64,000 nucleotides of DNA from Octopus vulgaris. Taxonomy: Eukaryota. The stretch's first letter is position 1. Every line of letters begins with the position of its first letter. The position numbers were made by a program, and so were the translations under genes. Shown piece after piece: positions 28,630-40,434 of the stretch. The notes under the pieces are model-generated. The model was not told the DNA's origin. It did no database searches and was given only the letters and a program-made list of their open reading frames with translations. Location of the stretch: contig OX597815.1 of the NCBI GenBank assembly GCA_951406725.2, positions 78,802,001-78,866,000 of the forward strand, written 5' to 3'.

Positions 28630-29477
28630 TTGAAAAAAAAGCAATGTTGTCAAAATTAGAATGTTGATAATAAGTATGTGTATAGCCAAGGATATGTATT
28701 TGTAAGCATGCGTATCTGTGTATGTGTAAGTGAGAGTATGTTTGTGCTTAAGCACACATATACACGACTGTATGTATATGTATCCATTCGAACTTGTGTT
28801 TGTATACTTGTCTCCATATATGCCAATAATGCCGTTACACAGCTTGTATACATAATTTTTTCTTATTTCGTTTTTTTCCCCACCCTCCTTCGTTCCTTTT
28901 TCTCTCTCTTCCTTTCTTTCGTCCCCCCCTTACTCAGTATATGAGAATCGCTACATAGATGATTTTTAACATGCGTGCGAGATGGTTTGCGTGAATATAT
29001 GTACACATGCATTTATGTGTATATTTAGATTTATATTCATACGTCTGTATATGTATGGCGTTTGCGCGCATCCTTTTGTGTATGTTGATATATATATATG
29101 TACATTTTAATATAAATATGTATTGCAGTGTAATATTTATAACAGGTTTAATTTCTATGCATTAATTTATACTTTTTTCATTAACGTCAATATGTATTTT
29201 ATTCAATGTAAGGTTTTTTCCTCGGATTTTATAATTTTTATAAGTTTTTTTATATATATATACAGATATTTTTGACCTTTTTGTTTATCGCTCGAAGATT
29301 GACCGTTTTTTCTAAAGGGCCAATCAAACAAGTCCATTTCTTTTTAAAGGTGTAGCGTTTGTAAGAGTCTAGATTGAATTGATATATCGGTTCCATTCTA
29401 GCAAAAACTGTCTGATGAACGGCAACGAGAAACTCAGAGTAACAGATTTTGTTGAATTTTCTGCTGCTTAAAATAAA

Positions 29478-29478
<1 letters not shown>
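28630..29478 (+). mobile_element. Inverted pseudo-LTR / 3'UTR of the adjacent Penelope-like element
   Basis: Abuts the 5'-truncated RT in the opposite orientation, carries hammerhead motifs and ends AATAAAG before (TA)n. An inverted 5' pLTR is a hallmark of Penelope insertions. Confidence 0.6.
29404..29450 (+). ncRNA. Minimal type I hammerhead ribozyme
   Basis: aaaaCTGT-CTGATGA-aCG(GCAA)CGa-GAAA-CTC(A)GAG-TA-ACAGatttt: stem I CTGT/ACAG, intact CUGAUGA and GAAA boxes, GNRA-capped stem II, short stem III, GUA cleavage triplet at 29439-29441. Confidence 0.8.
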
Positions 29479-29517
<39 letters not shown>

Positions 29518-29520
<3 letters not shown>

Positions 29521-32500
29521 TGCCTCTGTTGAACTGGACGGACGTCTTTTTGTTTCTCTCTCCCAAGTCAGTAGCAAGCTACACAGCTTCAAAACTTAAC
29601 TGACCTTAAATATATATATATTTGTAACCACGTGTTTGCCTACAAACCCGTAAGTACGTTTTTATTTAACTACAAACTGTTATATACACTTGTTTTTCTT
29701 TTAATATCTTCAAACAACCAAATAATCAAAAACTCACACCCTTAAGAGAGAACATTTATATATATATACACTTCTTTAACTCCCAAGAAAGAATATATAT
29801 ATATCAAAAATCAAAAGAAAAACAAACATGACTAACTTGCAGGCCTGCAACAGACGAAATTGGTCTGATAATGAAATTGATGTTTTAATAAACACTTGGT
29901 TCTCTCTTTCCCAAACAGAAAATTTAAATGTTTTATGTTTGAATGAGATTGCCGAAAACATCACAAATAATCAACACACGATCCGTCAAACAGATTCGTA
30001 GCAAACTGAAGCATATCGAAGCCGCTTTCAAACTGACAAAAAGCCATTTTGAAAAACTTCTTTATATTTTCACTGTTCAAGAACAGCAACAGCTAGAAAA
30101 TCAACAGCCACAACAACAACAACAACAACAGAATGAGCCATTCCTAGTTCCCAGCACAATAGCTGACCCTAACATCGGTCAAGCACAACAACAACAACAA
30201 CAGCCACATCAACAAGAACAACAACAGCCACTCCTCAACTCTAGCATACTAGATGATTCACTGAATGCCAGTATCTTTTCACCGCTCTCACGGCAACCAC
30301 CACAATTATCATCATCATCATCACCACCGCTGCCACCATCGTCTTCTATCACCAAAAATACCAACAAAAAATCAAATCAGAAACCCCTGCTCTCTTCCCC
30401 TACATCACCACCTCAATACTACTGCAGTAACAAAAACTTAAAGAAACATATGAAGCAGAATGCGCCCCCCACGGCACAAACAAGAAATCCCAAAATATGC
30501 CGCTATTCACTGCGCCAGAGACTCTGCACAAATAGTGACTGCATCTTCACACATCTACCTGGCACTAGACGCACTACCGGCCAAGGCCAAAGCACGCATC
30601 CCACAATAACATCAACACCACCAAATAGTAAATCGAAATTCAAAACACACACAACTCGGAGTCCCAAAATCTGCCGGTATTCCCAACGTGAGAGAATATG
30701 TCTGCTGAGTGACTGTCCCTTCACTCATCTTCCAGGGACCCGACGCACAAACAGAAACGGGGCTTCAAACCAACACACAAACCTGAATAAAAATAAAAAC
30801 ACACCATGCTGCAGTAATGCTGGTCCAGTCTTTTCAGGAAGACACAAAAACAACAACAAAAGTGGAAACTACAACCCTATCCAACAGTGCAACCACACCT
30901 CCAGCCAAAAACTGCTCCCTAAGCAGGAAAATTCTTTTTTAGCCATGTTGAACATGGCAAAAGAGATACACAAAAATATTCTAGCCATCACTCAACACCA
31001 TCCTATGCTATTACCCCAGTGCACCAATTCCCCACATTGCTGCCACTAACACACACAAAAAATCCAAGCCCCCTGCAACAGTCAAAACCAGCCACTACAC
31101 TAACCTCCACATTTCTACTCAATGCACAAGGTTTCAGCCCTTCCATCAATGCACAAAAATGGAAGTTCCAATTCATTGAAGACTGGGTTGGTAACCATCC
31201 ACACCACATCCCTTTCTTCATTCTCACTGAGACCCACCTTGACAACTCCCACTTGGAAGCCGAAGTGAGAGTGAAGAATTTCACAACCATCCGCGCGGAT
31301 CGTATCGGCAGAAGGAAGGGTGGAACTGCCATTTTCCTGCATGATTCGTTTACGGCAGATGGAAATAGTATATTCTCCAACGGCTACTGTAAATCAGTCA
31401 CCGTGCACAACAAAGCCAATGACCTGACAGTAATTGGGCTCTATAGGCTGCCCCAAACACCCATACTGTGCTTTAAAGAATGCCTCAACAGCATTAAGTG
31501 CTTTATTCAACAGTGCCATTCTAGCAACCTACTCATGATGGGAGACTTCAATCTACCCTGTGTTGACTGGACTACAAACTGTTTGAAACCAAGCACTCCC
31601 GCCTCAACCGCTGACAAAGAAGCAGCAGAGTCACTTTTCGACTTTACGAATGAGTTTTTCTTGTCCCAACCTGTCCTTGCACCAACAAGACATCAGAAGA
31701 ACATTTTGGACCTAGTGTTTAGTAACCACACTAACACTATACATAACGTTACAGTGGAAAAAACCCTTCTTTCAGACCATGACATGGTTCTCTGTAACAT
31801 GAAATTCCACCAGCCGAAAGCTAATCCTAGTGACCTCCCTCCAGCCCACCCATTTGACAACATGGATCTCCATAATGCCAACTGGGATGCAATCAGGAAC
31901 GAGCTATCACATGTTGACTGGTCCTTTACACATACACACATCTCCACCAACCATAAAACATCTTGGCAGATCTTTGTAGACACCGTCACAGACATATGTG
32001 CAAAACACTCCCCACCAAGACCTGTGAACAAAAAGTGCAGAATCCCCCAAAACAGAAAAACCATTATCAGAAAAATAAAAAGAACAAACAAAAAAATTAA
32101 CAAACTAAAGTACTGCCAACAGCAACACACACATTCGACGGCTATCGCACTGCTTGAATCCAAAAAATATAACCTCCAACAATGCATGAAGACCCTCATC
32201 AATAACCAAAGATCAGCTGAGGAGAAGTGGGCCATTGAAAAAATCAAACTCAACCCCAAAGTGTTCTTTTCATTTGCGAGGAAACGCAGGGTCACTGTCT
32301 CCATTGTTGGCCCTCTAATTGATGAAACTGGCACTCTCCAAGATAATGCCAAATCCATGGCCGAGATACTGCAGAAACAATACTGCTCTGTTTTCGGCAA
32401 TCCTGATATGGCCGATCTGGGCTGTATCAGTGATGTCAACCCCCAACACACTATATCGGACATAACGTTTAGTGCCCCTGATGTCTTAGCGGCGATAAAC

Positions 32501-32722
32501 GAAGTAAAACACAATTCAGCAGTAGGCCCCGATAGGTTCCCTGCTTGTGTCCTGAAGGTGTGTCGACACCAACTTGCATCTCCCCTTGCTAATCTGTGGA
32601 GAAACTCACTGGATGCTGGCTATATTCCAAAAAACCTTCTGTCCCAGTCTGTTGTCCCAGTTTTCAAAAAGGGAAACAAGTCCCTTGCAGTGAACTACCG
32701 TCCGATCTCACTCACCTCTCAT
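29518..32722 (+). mobile_element. CR1-group LINE, 5' part (5'UTR, ORF1, ORF2 endonuclease and start of RT), 3'-truncated
   Basis: Begins right after (TA)n with TCAGT...GGACGGACGT. ORF1 overlaps ORF2. ORF2 has APE motifs and breaks off after NYRPISLTSH at a TA run. Confidence 0.85.
29828..31049 (+). CDS. LINE ORF1 with one frameshift near 29975: Myb/SANT-like N-terminus, polyQ/Pro-Ser linker, two CCCH zinc fingers
   Basis: ATG at 29828 gives RRNWSDNEIDVLINTW...IAENI, continuing in the ORF-track frame as TRSVKQIRSKLKHI. Repeat PKICRYSxRxRxCxxSDCxFTHLPGTRR occurs twice. Confidence 0.7.
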
Positions 32723-32758
32723 GTATATATATGTAATTCAAGATATAAACAACAATAA
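31019..32758 (+). CDS. LINE ORF2 fragment: APE endonuclease plus N-terminal RT region
   Basis: Motifs LTETHL, RADR..KGGTAIF, GLYR.P, MGDFNLPCVDW, NILDLVFSN, SDHDMV, SAVGPD, VVPVFKKG and NYRPISLTSH. Real homology ends near 32722. Confidence 0.9.
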   Translation: MHQFPTLLPLTHTKNPSPLQQSKPATTLTSTFLLNAQGFSPSINAQKWKFQFIEDWVGNHPHHIPFFILTETHLDNSHLEAEVRVKNFTTIRADRIGRRKGGTAIFLHDSFTADGNSIFSNGYCKSVTVHNKANDLTVIGLYRLPQTPILCFKECLNSIKCFIQQCHSSNLLMMGDFNLPCVDWTTNCLKPSTPASTADKEAAESLFDFTNEFFLSQPVLAPTRHQKNILDLVFSNHTNTIHNVTVEKTLLSDHDMVLCNMKFHQPKANPSDLPPAHPFDNMDLHNANWDAIRNELSHVDWSFTHTHISTNHKTSWQIFVDTVTDICAKHSPPRPVNKKCRIPQNRKTIIRKIKRTNKKINKLKYCQQQHTHSTAIALLESKKYNLQQCMKTLINNQRSAEEKWAIEKIKLNPKVFFSFARKRRVTVSIVGPLIDETGTLQDNAKSMAEILQKQYCSVFGNPDMADLGCISDVNPQHTISDITFSAPDVLAAINEVKHNSAVGPDRFPACVLKVCRHQLASPLANLWRNSLDAGYIPKNLLSQSVVPVFKKGNKSLAVNYRPISLTSHVYICNSRYKQQ

Positions 32759-32869
32759 ACCATAAAATGCATCTTTAGTTTGCACAATGAAACAAGACTA
32801 ACAGTAAGATCGAAAGTAATATTTATTTTTGTATACTTCCACTTTATTTACATCAGAAAAAATTCTTTT

Positions 32870-32950
32870 TTAATTGCAGAGTCTTTGATCAGATCCTCAA
32901 AATTAGTCTTACGTAACACATGAGCTTGTAAACTTAGTAGAGATAAGGCA
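32870..32950 (-). mobile_element. hAT transposase C-terminal remnant
   Basis: Translates to ALSLLSLQAHVLRKTNFEDLIKDSAIKKR, resembling the hAT dimerization-domain tail. Confidence 0.4.
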
Positions 32951-33054
32951 TAAAAAATTTATCTACTGTTATGGAAAAAGTGTAACTGTAAAATACAGAA
33001 TTATCGGAGTATTGAGCATTCAAAAAAGTATGTATGTATAGAAATGTATGAATG

Positions 33055-33700
33055 ACGTCTTTAAGGTTTAAGATTCAAATTAAGGAAGTGCAATAATAAT
33101 GTTTAGTAGTTCAAAACTGTGAGTAGTGAAATACAGAATTAGGTCGGCTGATTGTGTGAATCAAATATTGATCACTTCGCTAAAAACTGCAGGTCGTATG
33201 GGTTATTTTCATTTAGTTGTTTAAATAAAATACTAGTAATATGTAGTAGATAGAAGGATCCATTGGAAGGGCCCTTTTATCGATTTTTTTTGATAATATA
33301 TGTCACGAGGTTTCCAGACATGAGTTCTACTCACGTGTCAAATAAAGTATAGAAGTGATATTGTCTGCAAAAATTAGAAATAGGACACAAAAAAATCAAT
33401 ATTCAAAGTAATCGAACATAAACAATGAAATGGGTTATTTTCCTTGTGTGTTTAAAAAAGATATTGTACAGGTGCAATGGATCATTTCCCTTGGGTGTTT
33501 AAAAAAAATTAGTTATATGAAGTAGATATAAAGGTCCCTTCCAGAGGCCGTATTATCGATTTTTTCAACAATCTAAGCATGTAACGAGGTTTTCAGACAT
33601 GAATTCTACTCACGTGCCAAATTTCATCAAAATCAATAAAACAATGTAGGAGGAGTTAGCTAACAACGCAACAAACACACACTGATTTTCTACACATGTA

Positions 33701-33703
<3 letters not shown>
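33055..33703 (-). mobile_element. Helitron-like interspersed repeat (homologous to 12600-12996)
   Basis: Shared blocks AAGATTCAAAT..AAGTGCAATAA, GAATCAAATATTGATCACTTC, GGTTTCCAGAC.TGAGTTCTACTCA and GAGTTAGCTAACAAC; internal tandem subrepeats. Confidence 0.6.
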
Positions 33704-33742
<39 letters not shown>

Positions 33743-34051
33743 TATGTCATATTTTCCGTATGTTGTCTTTTTATTTAATCATGAAAATATTATTTATGTA
33801 ACGCACGCACTCTAATTTTTTTACCCATTTGTAGAAATTTTCTTGGAATATTTTTGTGCCACTCTATCTCTTTCCTTTACTTTGCTTCTCTTAATTTCCT
33901 TTCTCTTTCTCTCTCTATCTCTGTTATCCTCCTCCCACTATCACGTGACCCTTGGTGACCTAAGGTGGTGTCATTCTTTTTTGCGTTGCCTTCGACCGCA
34001 CTGGACACAATTTTCTGAGCTCCTCGCTCTACCCCTCCCGTGTCTATAGTC

Positions 34052-34480
34052 CTTGGTCTCAAGCATTTGTCTTAGGAAGAAAAGCTGAAGACGCTCGACC
34101 TTTATTCTCTAGAAAAACGACGACGCCGTGGTGATCTCATTCTTGCTCACAACACCATAAGCGGAAAGTGTAACCTCTCGAAAGAGCTGTTCTTCACTCC
34201 TGTTCCAGAGCGTAGGCTGCGGGGTCACTCCGAAAAGCTCTATCTGCGACGATTTCATCTCAATCGAAGGAGAGGGGCTTTCTCCGTCCGGATTGCGGAT
34301 CCGTGGAATAAGCTGCCGGACGAGATAGTGAAGATGCCGACGACCGCTCGATTCAAAGTCTCTCTTGACCAGAAATGGCCTGAACTCTTCGCACGAACAC
34401 CCCTGTACATAACTCCATGTCCCCCTACATGGCTTTTTTTTTTTTGCTTTTTGAGCCAAAATTAACTTAACTTAACTTAA
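34052..34480 (+). mobile_element. 5'-truncated CR1 LINE 3' end
   Basis: Plus-strand translation LYSLEKRRRRGDLI...LRGHSEKL...FSVRIADPWNKLPDEIV...FKVSLD is the typical CR1 ORF2 C-terminus. Ends in an (AACTT)n tail at about 34465-34480. Confidence 0.85.
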
Positions 34481-34705
34481 GGACAGTTTTCATTTCTCCT
34501 TCGCGGTACCCACTTATGTCTTATCTTGCACCCCTAAGGCTTTTTATTTTATGTTATCATTATTAATTGTTGTCTTCGTATGGCCCTAAACCTTTATTTT
34601 GTTTATTGTTTTGTCCCTCGTCCGTCCACTAACGGTCTCGTTTTGTTATGTTTTGGAAACATTCCCGGTAAGTTTCTTGTCGGTGCCTCCAGAGTGGAAG
34701 TAATA

Positions 34706-35099
34706 TCTTTATATATAAAAGTGAGGTTGTGTGTCTGTCTCCTACGATTTAGATTCCTAACTACTCCCACATTTTGCGGTGCAGTGTAACCAAAAGCGGG
34801 TATCTTATAGTCGTGATTCATATCGAGCCCTTCTGGGTATTAGCGTGCGTCTACAATGAGTCTACGATTTAAAAAAAGAATTACCATCATTTTCCATTTT
34901 AATGCATTTTTTCGCTATTATATAAGCGAAGTAACTCTCTAAAAATGTCTACGATGAGTCAACGATTTAAAAAAAAATTTACCATAATTTTTTTCAATTT
35001 TTAATGCATTTTTTTGCTATTTTTTGGCTATAACTCTCTAAAAATGCTTATATAGTTATTTCCCTTACAAACCCGAGCAACGCCGGGCGATACTGCTAG
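34706..35099 (+). mobile_element. Non-autonomous Helitron (same family)
   Basis: A|TC...CCCGAGCAACGCCGGGCGATACTGCTAG|T; near-identical to 26959-27353. Confidence 0.85.
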
Positions 35100-35603
35100 T
35101 TATCAATAATGGGTGAAATTGCGTTTGACCTTCTGGCCGACAACTAATGAAGAATTGGTGCCCTTCTGTGGTTTCTGTTCGCCTGCGTATTTAGTATATG
35201 TTCGTTTGTTTATTTACTACACGTATTTTTGAACTATATATATAGGTATGTCATATATTCCGTTTGTTGTCTTTATATTTAATCCTTTTATACCATTCAA
35301 TATAGTGCGAAGATGAAAAACGTCAAACTCGAAATACTGGATAATGCAAATTTCAGTTAACAAATATGAATACTAGATTTTTATTTTTTCTTCACCGTTC
35401 CTGTAATAAAACACGCACACAACACTACTACGTAGCAGTGTTGTGTGCGTATCTTATTACAGGAATGGTGAAGAAAAAAGACATACGTACGTACGTACGT
35501 ATGTATGTATGTATGTATGTATGTAATTATGTATGTATGTATGTATGTATGTATGTATGTATGTATGTATGTATGTATGTATGTATACTCTTACTCTCTT
35601 TAA

Positions 35604-36023
35604 TCTTTTACTTGTTTCAGTCATTTGATTGTGGCCATGCTGGAGCACCGCCTGTAGTCGAGCAAATCGACCCCAGGACGTTATTCTTTGTAAGCCTAGT
35701 ACTTATTCAATCGGTCTTTTTTGCAGAACCGCTAAGTTACGGGGACGTAACCACACCAGCATCGGTTGTCAAGCGATGTTGGGGGGACAAACACAGACAC
35801 ACAAACATATACACACACATACATACACACATACACACACATATATACATACATATATTCGACGGGCTTCTTTCAGTTTCCGTCTACCAAATCCACTCAC
35901 AAAGCTTTGGTCGGCCTGAGGCTATAGTAGAAGACACTTGCCCAAGGTGCCACGCTGTGGGACTGAACCCGGAACTATGTGGTTCGTAAGCAAACTATTT
36001 ACTACACAACCACTCCTACGCCT
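35604..36023 (-). mobile_element. tRNA-derived CORE-like SINE (dominant family), near full length
   Basis: tRNA-like head GTTCCGGGTTCAGTCCC, CORE-like CACCTTGGGCAAGTGTC and central microsatellite; many homologous copies in the window. Confidence 0.85.
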
Positions 36024-36036
36024 AAGTATGTATGTA

Positions 36037-36893
36037 CGAGGTTCATTCAAAAAGTATCAGACTTTATTTTTCTCAAAAAGATTAATGTCGCGAGGATAAA
36101 ATCCTTTGGGTGGGAAGTGACGCCACCCTGCCTGCGCATGCCAGAAAATTTTCGTGCCAGTAAGCCGCGTCAGTTCCCGGCTGTTGCGCCCAGAGAACAG
36201 ATGTGTAGTACGCGCTTGTCGGATTTTCGTTTTCACGTAAGATGACCGAATGCATCGAGCAGAGATATTTTATCAGATTTTGCCAAAAGCTTTGTGACAC
36301 TCAATCTCAAACCATCCAGAAGATTCACCAGGCTGTTGGCGATGATGCCATGGGCAGAACTCAGATTAAGGAGTGGTGCAATCGCTTCAGTTTGGCCGTA
36401 CCTCAGTGGAGAGCGACGAGTGCTCAGGCAGTCCATCCAGAAGTCGAAACGATTGTCGTGTAACAATCCAGGGAATTTCTCACGATGTGGGAATAAGTAC
36501 ATGGTCAGTGCATTTCATTTTAACAAAGGATTTGTGCATCGGAGAGAGTCGGTGAAATTCGTCCCAAAAGTGCTAGCGAAGTAGAAGCAACAACTCCGTA
36601 AATAAATCGCTCAGGACATGCTGGACTGCATAAACCACGCCTAAAACTTCATGAAGACCATCATCACCGGTGATGAAATGTTTTTATGGTCTCTGATCGG
36701 TGCATTCGGTCATCTTGCATGAAAACGAAAATGCAACGAAAGCACACTACACATTTGTACTTTTGTACTCTAGGAGTAACAGACGGAACTAACGCGCAGA
36801 AAGAGTGACATCACCTCCTACTCAAAGAATTTTGCTAACGAGGCATTATTTTTGGCAGGAAAAAATAGTCTGATACTTTTTTAACGCACCACG
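36037..36893 (+). mobile_element. Mariner-derived non-autonomous element with long inverted ends
   Basis: TA|CGAGGTTCATTCAAAAAGTATCAGACT...AGTCTGATACTTTTTTAACGCACCACG|TA. Internal EQRYFIRFCQKL and KFVPKVL motifs. The right end repeats the left about 200 bp in inverted form. Confidence 0.8.
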
Positions 36894-36975
36894 TACATAG
36901 ACAGACAAAGATAGGGCTGTCCGGCAGGCGGCGCTTCTACATATTCATGGAAATCACTAAGTCTCTTAAAAAAAT

Positions 36976-37745
36976 ATGGAACGTTTTGACCTCGCCTACT
37001 TCACTAAGAACATCCCTACACCATCTGACAAGCTGTACATTCGAATTCTACTGGAAAAAATGGACGTAATAAGGCGAATGCGATGGAAAGCCTCATACCA
37101 CAACATAGCCACGCCATCCTCGGAGAACAGCATGTACGGGATTAAATCAAGAAAGTACCCACCCAGGATCATGGACCTCGAGCCCTTCAAAGCAAACCTA
37201 CAGGGCATCATTCCCAGGCTAAAATTCCGTAAGTCCTCTTTCTCCTCCCAAAGTAAGCTCCATGATGACATTAGACTACAAAACAATTCCGGCAGGTCCC
37301 TAATCACCTCAGATAAGACTAAAAATCTATATAGGATCGACACCCATACTTATGACAGGCTGTTAGAAAGCAATATTACACAGAACTATAGGTACACTTC
37401 CCCACACGCATACAACAACATGCGAAGCTAAACAATTAGCTAACGACTTAGATATAGCAGATAGGATAGAGATTTCAGCAAAAAGGAACGTATTTATTAC
37501 TATCAAAGACCATAACTCGAACTTTGTCTCTAACTCCAAATCCCGGCCTAATCCGAAATCGGTCTGGCGAGTAAACACATACTGAAGAACATCAACAACG
37601 ACATAAGGAGAGTCACCAACCTCTCCCCATGGCGTAGCACCAACGACGTGATTGCATACCAACAAGGGGAGAAGCAGAACAAGATTCATCCAGTTCAACA
37701 CAGTCAATTTTTACCTGTCTGTATCGAAAGGGTTACCGGTCAAGG
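36976..37745 (+). mobile_element. Penelope-like (Naiad-type) element, 5' ORF remnant
   Basis: YFTKNIPTPS..Y...LLEK...IRRMRWKA, SDKTKNLY, ITQNY, FITIKDH.SNF and W.STNDVI motifs of the Penelope N-terminal/early RT region; frameshifted. Confidence 0.8.
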
Positions 37746-37803
37746 CACTTTCCTGCCCTATAACTTAGAGTGTACTGTTTTTCGGATTTATGATTCACTG
37801 ACG

Positions 37804-37861
<58 letters not shown>

Positions 37862-37886
37862 TATATATGACATACATACATATATA

Positions 37887-38432
37887 CGAGGGTGAGTCAA
37901 AAAGTAATACCATTTTGCTTAGGACAGGTATAATTACCAACACAGGAACATGTATCATACATCAAAATGAAGCTGGTCCTCTGTGGATCACGTCCTCACT
38001 TCTCAACATAGTCACCGTTTCCCTCAATAACAATGTTCCACCTTCGAATGAGAGCATGTATCCCTGCCCCGTAAAATTCTGTTGATCGTTCTTTGAGCCA
38101 CTTCACAACAGTTTTCACTTCCTCGCCACTGGGCTATCATTTCTTCGGCCCCATGAAAGAGGGTTTGAGAAGCAAACATCATTCAAGTGATGGGGAAGGG
38201 AAAACTGTAGTGAAGAAGTGGCTCAAAGAACAGTCAGCAGAATTTTACGGGGCAGGGAGAGACGCTCCCATTCGACGGTGGAACATTGCTATTGAGAGAA
38301 ACGGTGACTATGTTGAGAAGAGGGGATGTGATCTACAGAAGACCAGCTTCATTTTGATGTATGATACATGTTCTTGTGTTGGTAATTATACCTGTCCTGA
38401 ACGAAATGGCATTACTTTTTGGCTCACCCTCG
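37887..38432. mobile_element. Mariner-derived MITE built from two inverted 3' ends
   Basis: TA|CGAGGGTGAGTCAAAAAGTAAT...ATTACTTTTTGGCTCACCCTCG|TA with about 200-bp inverted arms. Remnant YHFFGPMKEGLR...VKKWLKEQ...RWNIAIERNGDYVEK. Confidence 0.85.
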
Positions 38433-38512
38433 TACATACATAAATACATACATACATACATACATACATACATACATGTATATATATATTACATTTTGAC
38501 TCACCCTCGTAC

Positions 38513-38546
<34 letters not shown>

Positions 38547-38845
38547 ATAAAGTAATTGTGGTGACAAAAGAATAAACAATTAGTTTATGAAGTTCATTAG
38601 CTTACGCCTGTTCGTGCTATAAGATGCAATGAACTCATTGTTGAGTGCCTGAGTATCACCTTATAGCTTCATCGGAGCCTCAAACATGAAGTACAATTTA
38701 TTTGGGAAAACAATTACATTCATGCATATACACCGAAACGCATTACCAATGAGAAAACATCCACGTGTGGGAAATGAAATTCAGGTTATTAATATCACAA
38801 TGCCTAAGCGAAATATAAATATTAATATTGATATATATATATATT

Positions 38846-38914
<69 letters not shown>

Positions 38915-39461
38915 GTAAAAAAAATATACAAACTGGGACAAGAACGTGAAACATTTAGAAGACGACACAAAAAATACGGACTTTCGAAGCCCTCAGTCAT
39001 CAGTCAAGAACCGGATCATCTTCGCAATTTCGGCTGATTAATCTTGAGATTGCTCCGATCTGGGCAGCCCCCAAGGGAAATCTAAGCCAAGCGCATTAGA
39101 TTTCTTGGAAGAATATATACATATAGGGAGAATTCACAAAAGCAAAAACAAAAGACGAAGACAGGTGGTTTAGACAACAAACAGATGTATTAGTATAACG
39201 CTGGGGAATTGAAAAAGTCTTTAACGTTTCGAGCCTACGCTCTTCCACAGAAAGGAACACAGAAACAAACGAGAGAAAAAAAGGAGTATACATATATATA
39301 TGTATACTTGCACATAGATGTACTTCTATTTAAATTCATATGCATTCACAAATATCCATGTGCACATTATATATGTAAATATAAGTATATATATGCATGT
39401 GTGTGTGTGTGTGTGTGTGTGTACTCGCATATACGTATGCATATATGTATATATGTATAAA

Positions 39462-40178
39462 CGCAGGCGTGGTGTGTGGTAACAAACTTGCTTGTTCCGG
39501 GTTCTGGGTTCAGTCCCACTGCATGGCACCTTGGACAAGTGACTTCTACTTTAGCCTCGAGCCGACCAAAGCCTTGTGAGTGAATTTGGTAGACGGAAAC
39601 TGAAGGAAGCCCGTCGTGTATGTATATATACCATTATTAATAATATAAGGGTAAACAATTAATAGTTTTAAAAAAACCAACAATTATTTACGGGTAGATT
39701 TCGGTATGTAAATATAACCATTATCGGTAGAAACTTTTTAAAAAAAAGTTCAATATATATTTGTATATAAATAAAAAGGGAGCAGGCAACAGGTTGCTTA
39801 GCCACATACCGAAAAATTAGAAATAGCAGTCAAAGACTGTTTATTTCTATTTTCTACAAATAAGACTCCACATACAACATATCCATATAATTCACATATA
39901 TAAAACAGAAGGAAAAAATAACGAAAGCAAAGTTTAGGGTTATTTACGGACGCGTTTCTGGATTAGAATTATAAATTCATATCCTTTATCAACGTATCTC
40001 TCCACTCGGATAGATTTCTCAAATGCTATACATACCTCCGCTTCCCGAGCCAGCGTCGTCGGAATAGTGGAAGATAGCTAGCATTTCCTTATTTGTAAAA
40101 TAGAAATAAACAGTCTTTTCGGTATGTGGCTAAGGAATCTGTTGCCTGCCCCCTTTTTATTTATGTATATATATATAT

Positions 40179-40232
<54 letters not shown>

Positions 40233-40408
40233 TACCACCGTCATCTCTTGATAACCGATGCTGGTATGTTTATGTGCCTGTTATTCAGCGGTTCGGCGAA
40301 GGAGATCAATAGAATAAGTACTGTCCCGAGGTTAATTTCTACAACTAAAACCATTTTGAAGCGGTGCTCTTGCATGGCTGCAGACAAATGACTGAAACAA
40401 ATAAAAGA
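39462..40408 (+). mobile_element. Same SINE family, split by a Penelope-derived insertion (about 39630-40160)
   Basis: 5' half at 39462-39622 and 3' half at 40205-40408. Confidence 0.75.
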
Positions 40409-40434
40409 ATATACGTATATATAGTGTATATTGG

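Noticed and set aside
31693-32514. 273-aa antisense ORF
   Set aside because: Shadow of LINE ORF2 on the opposite strand; no independent motif.
32722-34480. CR1 3' end at 34052-34480 as the continuation of the LINE at 29518-32722
   Set aside because: It sits inside a different host repeat and the whole RT core is missing, so linkage cannot be shown.
35366-35989. 207-aa ORF, and similar ORFs at 61942-62436 and 63230-63796
   Set aside because: They read through SINE and microsatellite sequence; their mutual similarity is only the SINE.
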